A stretch of DNA of 64,000 bases from Spirochaetia bacterium. Lineage in GTDB: Bacteria > Spirochaetota > Spirochaetia > DSM-2461. The position numbers and the translations under genes are program-made. Positions within the stretch are counted from its first letter, which is position 1, and every line of letters starts with the position of its first letter. The notes below the pieces were generated by a model, which saw nothing but the letters and a program-made list of their open reading frames with translations, was not told the origin of the DNA and made no database searches. The stretch is from NCBI GenBank assembly GCA_963666985.2, contig CAXXIA010000002.1:288001-352000 (forward strand), read 5' to 3'. Of this stretch, positions 21,077-30,662 are shown one piece after another.

Positions 21077-24000
21077 TTATCGGCCCGTGGCTCCTTGCAC
21101 CCCTGTTTGAGGTTTCCCTGAAGAAATGGAGAACTCCAGGCGATAGCGCCGGAAAGCTTTCATTCGGTACTTTTTCAGCAGCGCCAGAACACCCGGCAAG
21201 CTTCCGCCCACACCGCGCTGGCCAGCATCAAGATGAACATGCAGGTTTTCGGATTTTTTCAGCTCAAAATCATGCCGCGCCGCGGCGATCTCTTCCCTGG
21301 AAGCGTACATTGCGGAGAAATCGATTGTTGACCCCCGAGCGGTGAATGTTACGGTTGAAGGACCGTCTGAAAAAGAAACCCGGCGGATGCCGGTACGGTT
21401 ACCGCTTTCCTGAGGCATCAGATAATGATGCGGCAAATCGGCCGCATCGGCGCTGTAGAGCCCGACACAGGCGCCGGCTTTCCGGTCCGCATAGCACTCC
21501 TGCGGTCCCAGGCCGTACCAGGAGACTTTGCGAAAACGGCCCAAAAGAGCGAAAGAAGTTCCGAAACGGATCAATTCCCGCACCGGCATCCCTTTGAAGC
21601 TCATCATTACCGTTCCGTCGCCGCGGAAAAGAATTTCCTGGCGGACACCCCGGAGAAAACCGCGAACCGAAAGACGAAAAACCGCTTTAAGACCGGAGGC
21701 TTCCGCGCTCACCCGCGGCGGTTTCGCCGATCTCTCCCTTGCCGCGCTTTCCCAGCCGCGGCCGTAGACAACATCGGCGGCCCGATACGCGATTCGCCTT
21801 AAAGCTTTCCCGGCCGCACCCGCGCCGAGGAACTCATCAAGAAAGCCGGCGGCGCCCAACTGCTCGTTATCGGTCGGCGCACGGAAAAAATCGGGACCGA
21901 GCGGTGCCGCCAGAATATTTCCCCTGCCGAAATCCAGAGCCTCCAAAGCTCCGTCTTCCAGCCGTATGCGCGCGCCGAGACCGGCTCCGGCGACGACAAG
22001 ACGGCCGTCCACCTCGCCGTGCTTCCATTCGACTTTGTCGGATGCGGGCTGATCATCTTTTTGATCCGCTCCGGCGCCGCCGGAATCATCGTTTCCCTTC
22101 GTTTCAACCCCAGCGCTTTTTCCGGCCGGGTTTTTATCATCGCCGCGGCCGATTCCGGCCTCGCCGCCCGATTCGACCGGGATTTCCAAGTGAGAAAATA
22201 TCGCATCCCGAGGCGCCGATCGTCCCGCCGCCGAAGGCACCGCCAGCTGCAGTTTGGCAACCTCATACCCCTCCGGCGCCCAGGCCGCCGCTTCCTTCAA
22301 TTTCAAAGAAAAGGTTAGAAACCCTTCCCCCTCGGCCGGGAAGGCCGCCAAATCCCGGTACAGATTGACGGCTCTCCGCTCGTGCGGCGCGACTCCGGAT
22401 TGAAGGACCTTTCCGTCGGCCACGGCAATCCCGTCCCGCTCCAAGGTCCATTCGAGTCTGTACGCGGATAAATCCGCGTGGTCGTGGCGGTTGGTCAGAA
22501 AGATCCGTCCGACGGACAAGTCGTCCGCTTCAACGGCTATCGGCGCATACAGTGCTTTCACTTCGGCGGCCTCGGGCTGAGGCTTTCTGTCGGCGGTAAA
22601 AATCCCGTCGGCGCAAAAAATCCCGTCATGCGGACTCTCGCCGAAATCGCCGCCATAGGCCAACTGCTCGCCGACAGGAGCATCGGCGGAGGATTCAGTA
22701 TTCACGGCCGCCTTGTTAGCAGCGGCTCCGGGGCTCTTGCTCCCGTCCGCCGCCGCACCGCCGGCCGCGCTGTCACCGCCGGAACTCAAACCCGCCGCAT
22801 CACCGGCCGCGTTGTCACCGCCGGAACTCAAACCCGCCGCATTCCCGCCGGCCGCGGCGTTCACATCCGCTGTGCCGCCCTTGCCGGACTCGGCGCTCAA
22901 ACCCGCGGCGTTCACAGCGCCGTGACCGGACTTTCCGCCCGCGCCAGCCGCCCCTACGTCCGCATCACCGCCCGCGCTCCCGCCGAAATCCTTATACAGA
23001 GCCTGATCGGAAAAATCCCAGATGAACGCACCGGCGATCCGCGGATACTTTTCAATCACTTCCATGTAGTCGGAGAAATTCCCCAAGCTGTTCCCCATGG
23101 CGTGGGCGAATTCGCAAAGAATAAACGGCTTGTCCCGATATTGCCGGGGCTTCACTTTCCACCCGAAACGGCGTCCCGGCATTTCACCCCGGGCCACCCG
23201 GACCGCCTTCCCCCGGCCGATGCGCTCCACAGCGGAAACAACCGGATACATCAGACTGAACACATCCGAAGTATCCAGCTTATGATCACCCTCGTAGTGA
23301 ATGGGCCGGGTGGTATCCAGCGAGCGCGCCGCCTTCTTCATCGCCATAAAATTCTTCCCGTGTCCCGCTTCGTTCCCCAGCGACCAGAGAATAATGCTGG
23401 GATGATTTCTGTTGGTCAGAACCATCCGCTCCATGCGTTCCACGCAGTTCTCCGTCCATTCGGGACGGGAAGTCGGCAGCCTGTGACGCAAGCCGTGGCT
23501 TTCCACATTGGCCTCGTCGATCACGTACAACCCCAAACGATCGGCGATATCGTACACAGCCTCGGGATTCGGATAATGACTGCAGCGCAGAGCATTGATG
23601 TTGTGCCTCTTCATCAGCACCAGGTCCGACTCAATCACCTCGAGAGGCACCGCCTGACCCCATCGGGGGTGAATGTTGTGCCTGTTGACCCCGCGAAGCT
23701 TCACCCTCATGCCGTTCACCCGAAGCTCGGCGCCCTCTCTCCCGGTAACAATGTCCACCTGACGGAAACCCCAATCCAGAGAACGGATATCGACAATTCC
23801 CTCATCGCCGCGCGCCTCAACAATCAGCCTGTAAAGAAAAGGATCTTCGGCGCTCCACTTGTGCGGATTGCCCACCGTCACCGGCAGATCCGCGGAAACC
23901 GCCCCCTCCGCGCTCAGTGAAACCTCGCTCTCGCCGCTTGAGGCGAAAATATCCTCGCTGCCCCTCTCATAGAGATACCAGCGGACCGTCCGCCTGCCCC

Positions 24001-24892
24001 CCGAGCCCGACGGTGCCGCTCCCAAACGCACCGAAACAGTCAATTCCGCCTTCTGAAACGCGGAATCAAATCGGCAGCGCGCAAAAACATCCTCAATACC
24101 GCCTTCGGGCTGCAAATACAGCGTCACCGGACGAAAAATACCCGCCAGGCGCCACATATCCTGATCTTCAATGTAGGTACCCGCGCACCACTTGTAGACC
24201 CGAACGGCGATGAGGTTTTTTCCCGGCCGCAGAAAATCTCCCACGGCGAACTCGGCCGGAGAATAGCTATTCTGCGTGTACCCAACCATTTGTCCGTTCA
24301 CCGCTATTTCCGCGGCGGAACGAATCCCTTCGAAGCGCAGAATCGCGGTTTTCAGGCGGTCGGTCCATTCTTCGGGAACCTCGATTATCTTGCGGTAAAT
24401 CCCCGTGGGATTGTCGTTTGGGTTAATGGCGGGAGGATTCTTGATATCGTGGGAATAGGGATAAACGACGTTGTTGTACTGGGGAATCCCGTAGCCGTGC
24501 ATTTCCCAGTTGGCCGGAACGGGGATGGTGTTCCATTCACCGTCGCCGCAGTCCTCATCCAGTCCGTCCGCTCGCGCCTGCGCGGGAGAGGGCGCCCAGG
24601 AGAACTTCCAATCACCATTAAGCGAAAGAACAAAAGGATGGGCGGCTGCGGACTCTGCGGCTGTCCCTCTCGCGGTTTTTCCGGCGGCGACGGCGGCCGC
24701 CCCCCTTTGAGAGGCGGCGGATTCGCCGAGGGCTCCCACACCCGTCCCGGCCGCCGCTTCCGCGATGGAGGCGTTCGGAAGTCTTAAAAAACGTCCCGCC
24801 AGCTTATTCCGCCCCGTAATCCTCGGATTCTGCCAATCTTCGGTCAATTCCGAAGGATTTTCACATCGATATCTGAGTCTTTCGTCGGTCAC
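21077..24892 (-). CDS. lacZ: Beta-galactosidase, GH2 (LacZ-type), with low-complexity insertions
   Basis: EDQDMWRLAGIFR, RCSHYP, WSLGNE (acid/base), LCEFAHAMGNS (nucleophile), YGGDFG, PQESGNR. Confidence 0.9.
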   Translation of the reverse strand: MTDERLRYRCENPSELTEDWQNPRITGRNKLAGRFLRLPNASIAEAAAGTGVGALGESAASQRGAAAVAAGKTARGTAAESAAAHPFVLSLNGDWKFSWAPSPAQARADGLDEDCGDGEWNTIPVPANWEMHGYGIPQYNNVVYPYSHDIKNPPAINPNDNPTGIYRKIIEVPEEWTDRLKTAILRFEGIRSAAEIAVNGQMVGYTQNSYSPAEFAVGDFLRPGKNLIAVRVYKWCAGTYIEDQDMWRLAGIFRPVTLYLQPEGGIEDVFARCRFDSAFQKAELTVSVRLGAAPSGSGGRRTVRWYLYERGSEDIFASSGESEVSLSAEGAVSADLPVTVGNPHKWSAEDPFLYRLIVEARGDEGIVDIRSLDWGFRQVDIVTGREGAELRVNGMRVKLRGVNRHNIHPRWGQAVPLEVIESDLVLMKRHNINALRCSHYPNPEAVYDIADRLGLYVIDEANVESHGLRHRLPTSRPEWTENCVERMERMVLTNRNHPSIILWSLGNEAGHGKNFMAMKKAARSLDTTRPIHYEGDHKLDTSDVFSLMYPVVSAVERIGRGKAVRVARGEMPGRRFGWKVKPRQYRDKPFILCEFAHAMGNSLGNFSDYMEVIEKYPRIAGAFIWDFSDQALYKDFGGSAGGDADVGAAGAGGKSGHGAVNAAGLSAESGKGGTADVNAAAGGNAAGLSSGGDNAAGDAAGLSSGGDSAAGGAAADGSKSPGAAANKAAVNTESSADAPVGEQLAYGGDFGESPHDGIFCADGIFTADRKPQPEAAEVKALYAPIAVEADDLSVGRIFLTNRHDHADLSAYRLEWTLERDGIAVADGKVLQSGVAPHERRAVNLYRDLAAFPAEGEGFLTFSLKLKEAAAWAPEGYEVAKLQLAVPSAAGRSAPRDAIFSHLEIPVESGGEAGIGRGDDKNPAGKSAGVETKGNDDSGGAGADQKDDQPASDKVEWKHGEVDGRLVVAGAGLGARIRLEDGALEALDFGRGNILAAPLGPDFFRAPTDNEQLGAAGFLDEFLGAGAAGKALRRIAYRAADVVYGRGWESAARERSAKPPRVSAEASGLKAVFRLSVRGFLRGVRQEILFRGDGTVMMSFKGMPVRELIRFGTSFALLGRFRKVSWYGLGPQECYADRKAGACVGLYSADAADLPHHYLMPQESGNRTGIRRVSFSDGPSTVTFTARGSTIDFSAMYASREEIAAARHDFELKKSENLHVHLDAGQRGVGGSLPGVLALLKKYRMKAFRRYRLEFSISSGKPQTGVQGATGR
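22761..22844. repeat. 42-bp tandem duplication inside the lacZ insertion
   Basis: ccggccgcg(c/t)tgtcaccgccggaactcaaacccgccgcat occurs twice with period 42; encodes AAGLSSGGD(N/S)AAG. Confidence 0.9.
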
Positions 24893-25251
24893 CGGTTTGC
24901 GCCTCCAACTGCATAAATCGATGAGGAGACTATCACGGAACGCACCGGAGACAAAGACCCGATTGCATGGTGCATTACCTGCAGCAGATCATTGAATCAA
25001 ACTCGGATTCGGAACTCGCCGAAAATCTTTCGGGTTAAGACTCTCTTAAGGCAATTTCATCATTCACGGATTTCCCTTTACCCGATATCCGAACACGCTC
25101 AAGAATCGCTTTCGAAAGGTTTTCCCGTGAAAAACTCCGGATTATTAAATTCGCTTCGGCTCTTATAAAAATCCCTTGCCCGGAGCGGTTAAAAAAATCT
25201 AGACTTAAACGACCTTTCGCCGGCGCGCCGGCCCTATAAACGGAGAGAATC

Positions 25252-26829
25252 ATGGCCTTGAAGTGGACGAACCTCGATCAAACGGAATCCTACCATCAGC
25301 TCCGCCGGACGGACACGCTGGTAAGCCTCCGTGACGACTTGGATAAAAAGCGTATCGCCGACCGGCGAATACCCGCGGGCGCGGGAATGGATTTCCACTA
25401 CGGCGCCGCGATGCTCACGGAAACCGATATCGACAGGCTGCAGGCTCTCTCCGATGAGCAGCAGCTGGTTGAAAAATATCAAATTCTGCTGGACGGCGAA
25501 CGGGTCAATACCGGCGAGAACCGCCGGGTTCTGCACCACCTGACACGGGGCCGCGTCGGGAAAAACGTCGTTGAAGACGGTGTTGATCTGGGCGATTTCT
25601 ACGCGGAACAGAAGAAACGAATCGCCGAATTCGCCGAGAAGGTTCATTCGGGCAAAATCACGGGCTCCACGGGGAAAATCTTCGATACGGTTGTTCAAAT
25701 CGGTATCGGCGGTTCGGACCTCGGACCGAGGGCCCTGTATCTGGCCCTCAAAATGGCCGTAAAATCGAAAATGAAGGCTTATTTTGTTTCCAATGTCGAT
25801 CCTGATGACGCGGCCGATATCATAGAAAACATCAGTCCGGAAACAACGCTCTTCATTCTGGTCTCAAAGAGCGGAACCACGCAGGAAACTCTGGCCAACC
25901 GCGACCTTATCATGGAGCGCATGAAAGCCTCAGGAGCGGCCGGATATAACCCGTCAAAACACCTGGTGGCCGTTACCAGCAAAACCAGTCCCCTGGCCGG
26001 TTCCGATACGGTCCTCGATTCTTTCTATATCGACGATTACATTGGCGGCCGCTACTCTTCAACGAGCGCCGTCGGAGGGGTTGTTCTGTCCCTGGCCTTC
26101 GGAGCGGACGTTTTTAACGATCTTCTCAAAGGAGCCCATGAAGCCGATGCGGCGGCCCTGGAACCGAACATTCGAAAAAACGCATCACTCATGGACGCAC
26201 TCATCGGCGTGTTCAACAGAAACGTCCTGGAACTCCCCTCGACGGCCGTTCTCCCCTACAGCCAAGCTCTTTCCCGGTTTCCGGCTCACCTTCAGCAGCT
26301 GGACATGGAATCCAACGGAAAAAGCGTGAACCGCAGCGGCGAGAAAGTCGGTTATTCCACCGGCCCGATCGTTTTCGGTGAACCGGGCACCAACGGCCAG
26401 CATTCGTTCTATCAGCTCCTGCATCAGGGCACGGATATCGTTCCCCTTCAATTCATCGGATTCCGCTCTTCCCAAGCGGGCGAAGATGTTAAAACGGACG
26501 GTTCCACGAGCCAGAAGAAACTGAACGCCAACCTGGCGGCTCAAATTGTCGCCTTCGCCAAGGGCCGCCGAAACGACAATCCGAATAAGAACTTCGACGG
26601 CATGCGTCCCAGCACCCTATTGGCGGCCGATAAACTGAACGCCCGGGTTCTTGGCGCCCTGCTGGCTCATTTTGAAAATAAGGTGATGTTCCAGGGGTTC
26701 TGCTGGAATGTGAATTCCTTTGATCAGGAAGGCGTGCAGCTGGGAAAAATCCTCGCCAAATCCGTTCTGGACGGCAGCACCGACGACGAGGCGCTGAAAG
26801 CCTACGCCGGGATTCTCGGCGTTCAATAA
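25252..26829 (+). CDS. pgi: Glucose-6-phosphate isomerase
   Basis: GIGGSDLGP, SKSGTTQET, GGRYS, QQLDMESNGK, FDQEGVQLGK. Confidence 0.96.
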   Translation: MALKWTNLDQTESYHQLRRTDTLVSLRDDLDKKRIADRRIPAGAGMDFHYGAAMLTETDIDRLQALSDEQQLVEKYQILLDGERVNTGENRRVLHHLTRGRVGKNVVEDGVDLGDFYAEQKKRIAEFAEKVHSGKITGSTGKIFDTVVQIGIGGSDLGPRALYLALKMAVKSKMKAYFVSNVDPDDAADIIENISPETTLFILVSKSGTTQETLANRDLIMERMKASGAAGYNPSKHLVAVTSKTSPLAGSDTVLDSFYIDDYIGGRYSSTSAVGGVVLSLAFGADVFNDLLKGAHEADAAALEPNIRKNASLMDALIGVFNRNVLELPSTAVLPYSQALSRFPAHLQQLDMESNGKSVNRSGEKVGYSTGPIVFGEPGTNGQHSFYQLLHQGTDIVPLQFIGFRSSQAGEDVKTDGSTSQKKLNANLAAQIVAFAKGRRNDNPNKNFDGMRPSTLLAADKLNARVLGALLAHFENKVMFQGFCWNVNSFDQEGVQLGKILAKSVLDGSTDDEALKAYAGILGVQ

Positions 26830-26980
26830 ACGCCCTCCCCCGGAAGCGGAATCAAAACCGATATCTGCATCGAGCGCCCCTCTCAGCTCACTCAGTCAAA
26901 TGACTGCGGATTAATTTTTTTGGAAAGATTCATCCGTATATCTTAAAATTCTCCCTATACGCTTGAAAGAGACATCAAAA

Positions 26981-27736
26981 ATGAATACTCGTGTTCTGGT
27001 TCAAAAGTTGGGAGTCATAAAATCCGTCACGATCATCACGGTGTTATGCGTTTCAATCTCGGCATTTCTGACTCTTCTTATCATTATTTTTAGAAATGAT
27101 TATTCCGAGATTCGCTTACTCATGACATTATCAACAATAACACCGCTGATCATTGCTCCCTGCGCCTCGTATCCGCTGGTAAAACTCCTTTTACGAATCG
27201 ACAAACTGGAAACGGAAATGAGGGAACTCGCCACTTTCGACGGTTTAACGGGACTTCTTACCAGAAGAGCCTTCTTTCATGACGCCAATACATTTATAAA
27301 CATCGCGGCAAGAGAAAGCATCTCATTTTCCATCGTGCTCTTCGACTTGGACAAATTCAAAATCATCAATGATACATACGGTCATCCCGCCGGAGACAAT
27401 GTCTTAATCAACTTCGCATATATATGTAAAACAGCACTGAGAAAAGGGGATCTGATCGGCCGAATAGGAGGCGATGAATTCGCGGCTCTGCTGCCCGGAA
27501 CTTCAAGCGATACGGCAAAAGATCTTCTGACAAGACTGCGTGACGAAATAAAGAAAGCGAACATAACCTATAACGGAAAGAACCTTCACTATACCGTCAG
27601 CATGGGACTGGTCGGTGTTTCTCAAGGGAATGAAGAAAGCATGGAGACTCTGATTAAAAAAGCCGACGAGTCTCTCTATCAAGCCAAAAAAAACGGCCGG
27701 GATTGTTTTGTCGTTCTCAATCCGGAAAACGCATAA
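26981..27736 (+). CDS. Membrane-anchored diguanylate cyclase
   Basis: Two TM helices, DGLTGL, DLDKFK, RKGD I-site, intact GGDEF. Confidence 0.9.
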   Translation: MNTRVLVQKLGVIKSVTIITVLCVSISAFLTLLIIIFRNDYSEIRLLMTLSTITPLIIAPCASYPLVKLLLRIDKLETEMRELATFDGLTGLLTRRAFFHDANTFINIAARESISFSIVLFDLDKFKIINDTYGHPAGDNVLINFAYICKTALRKGDLIGRIGGDEFAALLPGTSSDTAKDLLTRLRDEIKKANITYNGKNLHYTVSMGLVGVSQGNEESMETLIKKADESLYQAKKNGRDCFVVLNPENA

Positions 27737-27871
27737 TGATTCAAAGGACTAAAGAATGTCTTTAAAATTCATTATCGCATCTTAAAAACCGTCTTTGCGG
27801 CGATAGAGACAATTCCGATTCTCCATGGTACCATTCATCAGAGATATTTGCTAAAGGACTGATAACAACGA

Positions 27872-28735
27872 ATGCGATTAAACATCCGAGGGTCCCTGCC
27901 CCTGGGCATCCCGGGATCGGTTTTCGCGGCTTTGCTCTTCTTTGCAGCGGCTTACACTTCACCTGCTCTTGAGACTTTGTCGGCTGATTCCATCATTTCA
28001 TCCCTAAGGGACACGGTTTACATTCAGCTCGAAAAAGAAGAGAGCATTCTCGAACTCCACAGAGAAACGCTTACTTCAATTCATAACGACATTAAAGAAG
28101 GTCCGGATCGTCTCCGGGCGGAAGCCCTGTGTCACTATTATCTCGGCCGATACTATCAGGCGATAAAAACCACCGGCGACATGGTCCGTTACGCCGCGGA
28201 TATGAGAGAAGGACATTGGCTCGCCTTAAGAAAATATTATACCGAACGAGACAAAGCATTGGCGGCATACCGGGATGCCGCGGCCGCGTCGGAACAATTT
28301 CTGAAAGAGGAGCCCTGCGCCGAAGCCCACCGTCTTTACGGGGAAATCCTGGGACAAATACTGATCCTCGGCGATGCCGGAGATTTATTTTCCATAGGAG
28401 GAAAAGCCAAGCGGCACGTCGAGGAAGCTCTGGAAGCGGACGGCACGCATACGAAGGCGCTGATTCAGGAAGCCTCGCGTCTCGCCTACTCTCCCTCCGC
28501 GTACGGCGGTAATCCCGAAAAGGCCAGAGAACTCTACCGCACGGCCCTGCGCGGAGGCGATGCCGATACCGAAGATCTGTTCAACATCTACGGAGGATTC
28601 GGCATGGCGGCCTTCATGGAAGAAAATGATGAAGAGGCGATCTCCTGGTTCCGCGAGGCTTCAAAGATCTATCCGGGGAATGTTTTCGCCGAAGGGATGA
28701 CGATGTTCCTTGAAGAAACGGAGACCGATTCATGA
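27872..28735 (+). CDS. Exported TPR-like protein
   Basis: Signal-like N-terminus; Ala-rich helical repeats (AKRHVEEALEAD, AISWFREASKIYP). Confidence 0.6.
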   Translation: MRLNIRGSLPLGIPGSVFAALLFFAAAYTSPALETLSADSIISSLRDTVYIQLEKEESILELHRETLTSIHNDIKEGPDRLRAEALCHYYLGRYYQAIKTTGDMVRYAADMREGHWLALRKYYTERDKALAAYRDAAAASEQFLKEEPCAEAHRLYGEILGQILILGDAGDLFSIGGKAKRHVEEALEADGTHTKALIQEASRLAYSPSAYGGNPEKARELYRTALRGGDADTEDLFNIYGGFGMAAFMEENDEEAISWFREASKIYPGNVFAEGMTMFLEETETDS

Positions 28736-29862
28736 TTTATCTGACCGTACATGCCTGGCTCGCCGTCGGAATCGGAATTTACATGATTGTTTTCACGAGC
28801 GCCAACTCACTTTATCTTTTGAGAAAATCCAGGAGAAAACCGAGAACGTCCGGACCGCCGGTCTCGGTGCTTATTCCCGCGCGAAATGAAGCCGACCGCA
28901 TTATTCCCGCCCTGGAAGGGTTTTCACGGCAAAGCTACGAAGATTATGAAGTGATTGTTCTCGACGACAATTCCGAAGACGGAACCTGGGAAACAATTCG
29001 GCGCATCACGGACGGCGATAAGCGCTTCAAAGCGATGAAAGGCGCCCCTTTGCCCGAAGGCTGGAAAGGAAAGCCTTACGCGATGCAGCAGCTCGCCGCC
29101 GCCGCCCGGGGGGAAATTCTCCTTTTTATCGATGCCGACATGGCGCCGGGGCCCGATTTGATTTCATGGACGGTTGCCAACATGGAAGATCACGAAGTGG
29201 ATTTTCTTTCGGGCTATCCGAGACACACCTCTCCCGAGCCCGCGGAATACTTACTGTTTCCCGTTATGTATCTCGCCACGTCTTTCCTGCTGCCGCTTTG
29301 GCTGTTCAACACCCTGAAAACCTATATGTTCTCCCACGCCATCGGTCAATATTTCTGCGTCCGTTCATCGGTTCTGGAAAAAATCGGGGGATTTGAACCG
29401 GTTAAAGACAAAATCAACGAGGACATACAGATGGCGCGAAAGCTGAAAGGAGAAGGCTTCCGCCAGGTTTTCCTGGACGCCAAGGACCATCTTTCCGGAA
29501 ACATGTACGATTCCATGAGCCACGCGAAAATGGGTGTGATGCGGGTTATCTACGAATATTTCGACAACCTCGTTTATCCCTTCGTTATTCTGGGGTTGGT
29601 CATGGCCGTGCTCATCATCACTCCCATTCCTTTGGCGATCATCGGATTGGCCGCGGGCTGCTCATGGGCCCTTCCCATGGCTCTCGGCGTGCTTCTGGTC
29701 TTTACCGCCTGGCTGATTACCATGCTGGACCGCAAGATGCCGTGGTTCATCGCGTTTCTCTATCCCATTCACTTCACTTGGGCCGCCGTGCTTTCAATCC
29801 GTTCGATCAACCTCTCAAAACAAGGGAAAGGCTACATATGGAAAGGCCGTACCGTTCGCTGA
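28732..29862 (+). CDS. Membrane GT2 glycosyltransferase (CrtQ/CruC/HpnB-like)
   Basis: VSVLIPARNE, LDDNSEDGT, LPEGWKGK, FIDAD, GGFE...ED; N- and C-terminal TM helices. Confidence 0.85.
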   Translation: MIYLTVHAWLAVGIGIYMIVFTSANSLYLLRKSRRKPRTSGPPVSVLIPARNEADRIIPALEGFSRQSYEDYEVIVLDDNSEDGTWETIRRITDGDKRFKAMKGAPLPEGWKGKPYAMQQLAAAARGEILLFIDADMAPGPDLISWTVANMEDHEVDFLSGYPRHTSPEPAEYLLFPVMYLATSFLLPLWLFNTLKTYMFSHAIGQYFCVRSSVLEKIGGFEPVKDKINEDIQMARKLKGEGFRQVFLDAKDHLSGNMYDSMSHAKMGVMRVIYEYFDNLVYPFVILGLVMAVLIITPIPLAIIGLAAGCSWALPMALGVLLVFTAWLITMLDRKMPWFIAFLYPIHFTWAAVLSIRSINLSKQGKGYIWKGRTVR

Positions 29863-30554
29863 CGCAAGAATCGGCCTTCCGCCGATTCACAAAGATGGCC
29901 GCATACCGTGCCTTCCATCCGTTCCTGTGGCTGGCTTTCTATCTGCCGTACGGCGTTAAAATTAAAAATCGGCGCGGACTAACAAAAAAAGGTCCCGCCG
30001 TTTCGATTATGAACCACTGCATTTACGTCGAATGGTTTTTCGTCTGGCACGCGGCACGCTTCCGATACGTTCGATTCACGGCGGAACAGGCCAATATGAC
30101 CCGAATAGACGTGGGATGGTTCAACAGACTCATGGGAGTTATCGGCATACCCGACGAGAGCCCCATGTCCATCGCTCCCTTTGTTGCTCAATGCCTTAAA
30201 AACGGCGAACTGGTCCATTTTTTTCCGGAAGGCGTATTAAAGCCGCGCTGCCAAAATCCCGGGGATTTCATGGTCGGTGCGGCATGGTTCGCCTGCCGTC
30301 ATAACGTACCGCTTATTCCCATAGCGGAAACCCTTGAAAACCGCCGGATTCAGCGGCTTTTTCCCTGGTGGCCGCCCAAAGTCCGGATGACGGTTCTGCC
30401 GCCGCTTGAACCGTCCGAGTTCATCAGCCCGGGAAAAAAGCTGCGGCGGGCGGCCGAAGAAATGACGCAAAAGGCCGAAGAAGCCATTCGGGAATATGTA
30501 ACGAAGGACCGGATGCCCGATTTTCCCCATAAAAAACGAATCGCTATTGAATAA
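29838..30554 (+). CDS. PlsC-superfamily acyltransferase
   Basis: NHCIYVE (HX4E variant), FFPEG, VPLIP; ATG at 29838 overlaps the GT2 end. Confidence 0.75.
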   Translation: MERPYRSLTQESAFRRFTKMAAYRAFHPFLWLAFYLPYGVKIKNRRGLTKKGPAVSIMNHCIYVEWFFVWHAARFRYVRFTAEQANMTRIDVGWFNRLMGVIGIPDESPMSIAPFVAQCLKNGELVHFFPEGVLKPRCQNPGDFMVGAAWFACRHNVPLIPIAETLENRRIQRLFPWWPPKVRMTVLPPLEPSEFISPGKKLRRAAEEMTQKAEEAIREYVTKDRMPDFPHKKRIAIE

Positions 30555-30662
30555 AAACCGGTATTTTGTTCGGCAGGCCCGCCGGACTTATTCGGGAAGC
30601 GCCGAATCCTGTTGGAATCGGCCGTCATCATCGCCCCGTATCCGGCGGTTATCCGCTCCGGC

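Noticed and set aside
22670..22990. Intein or intron in the beta-galactosidase gene
   Set aside because: There is no intein-like N-terminal block or His-Asn end, no homing endonuclease and no intron features; the insert is low-complexity and in frame.
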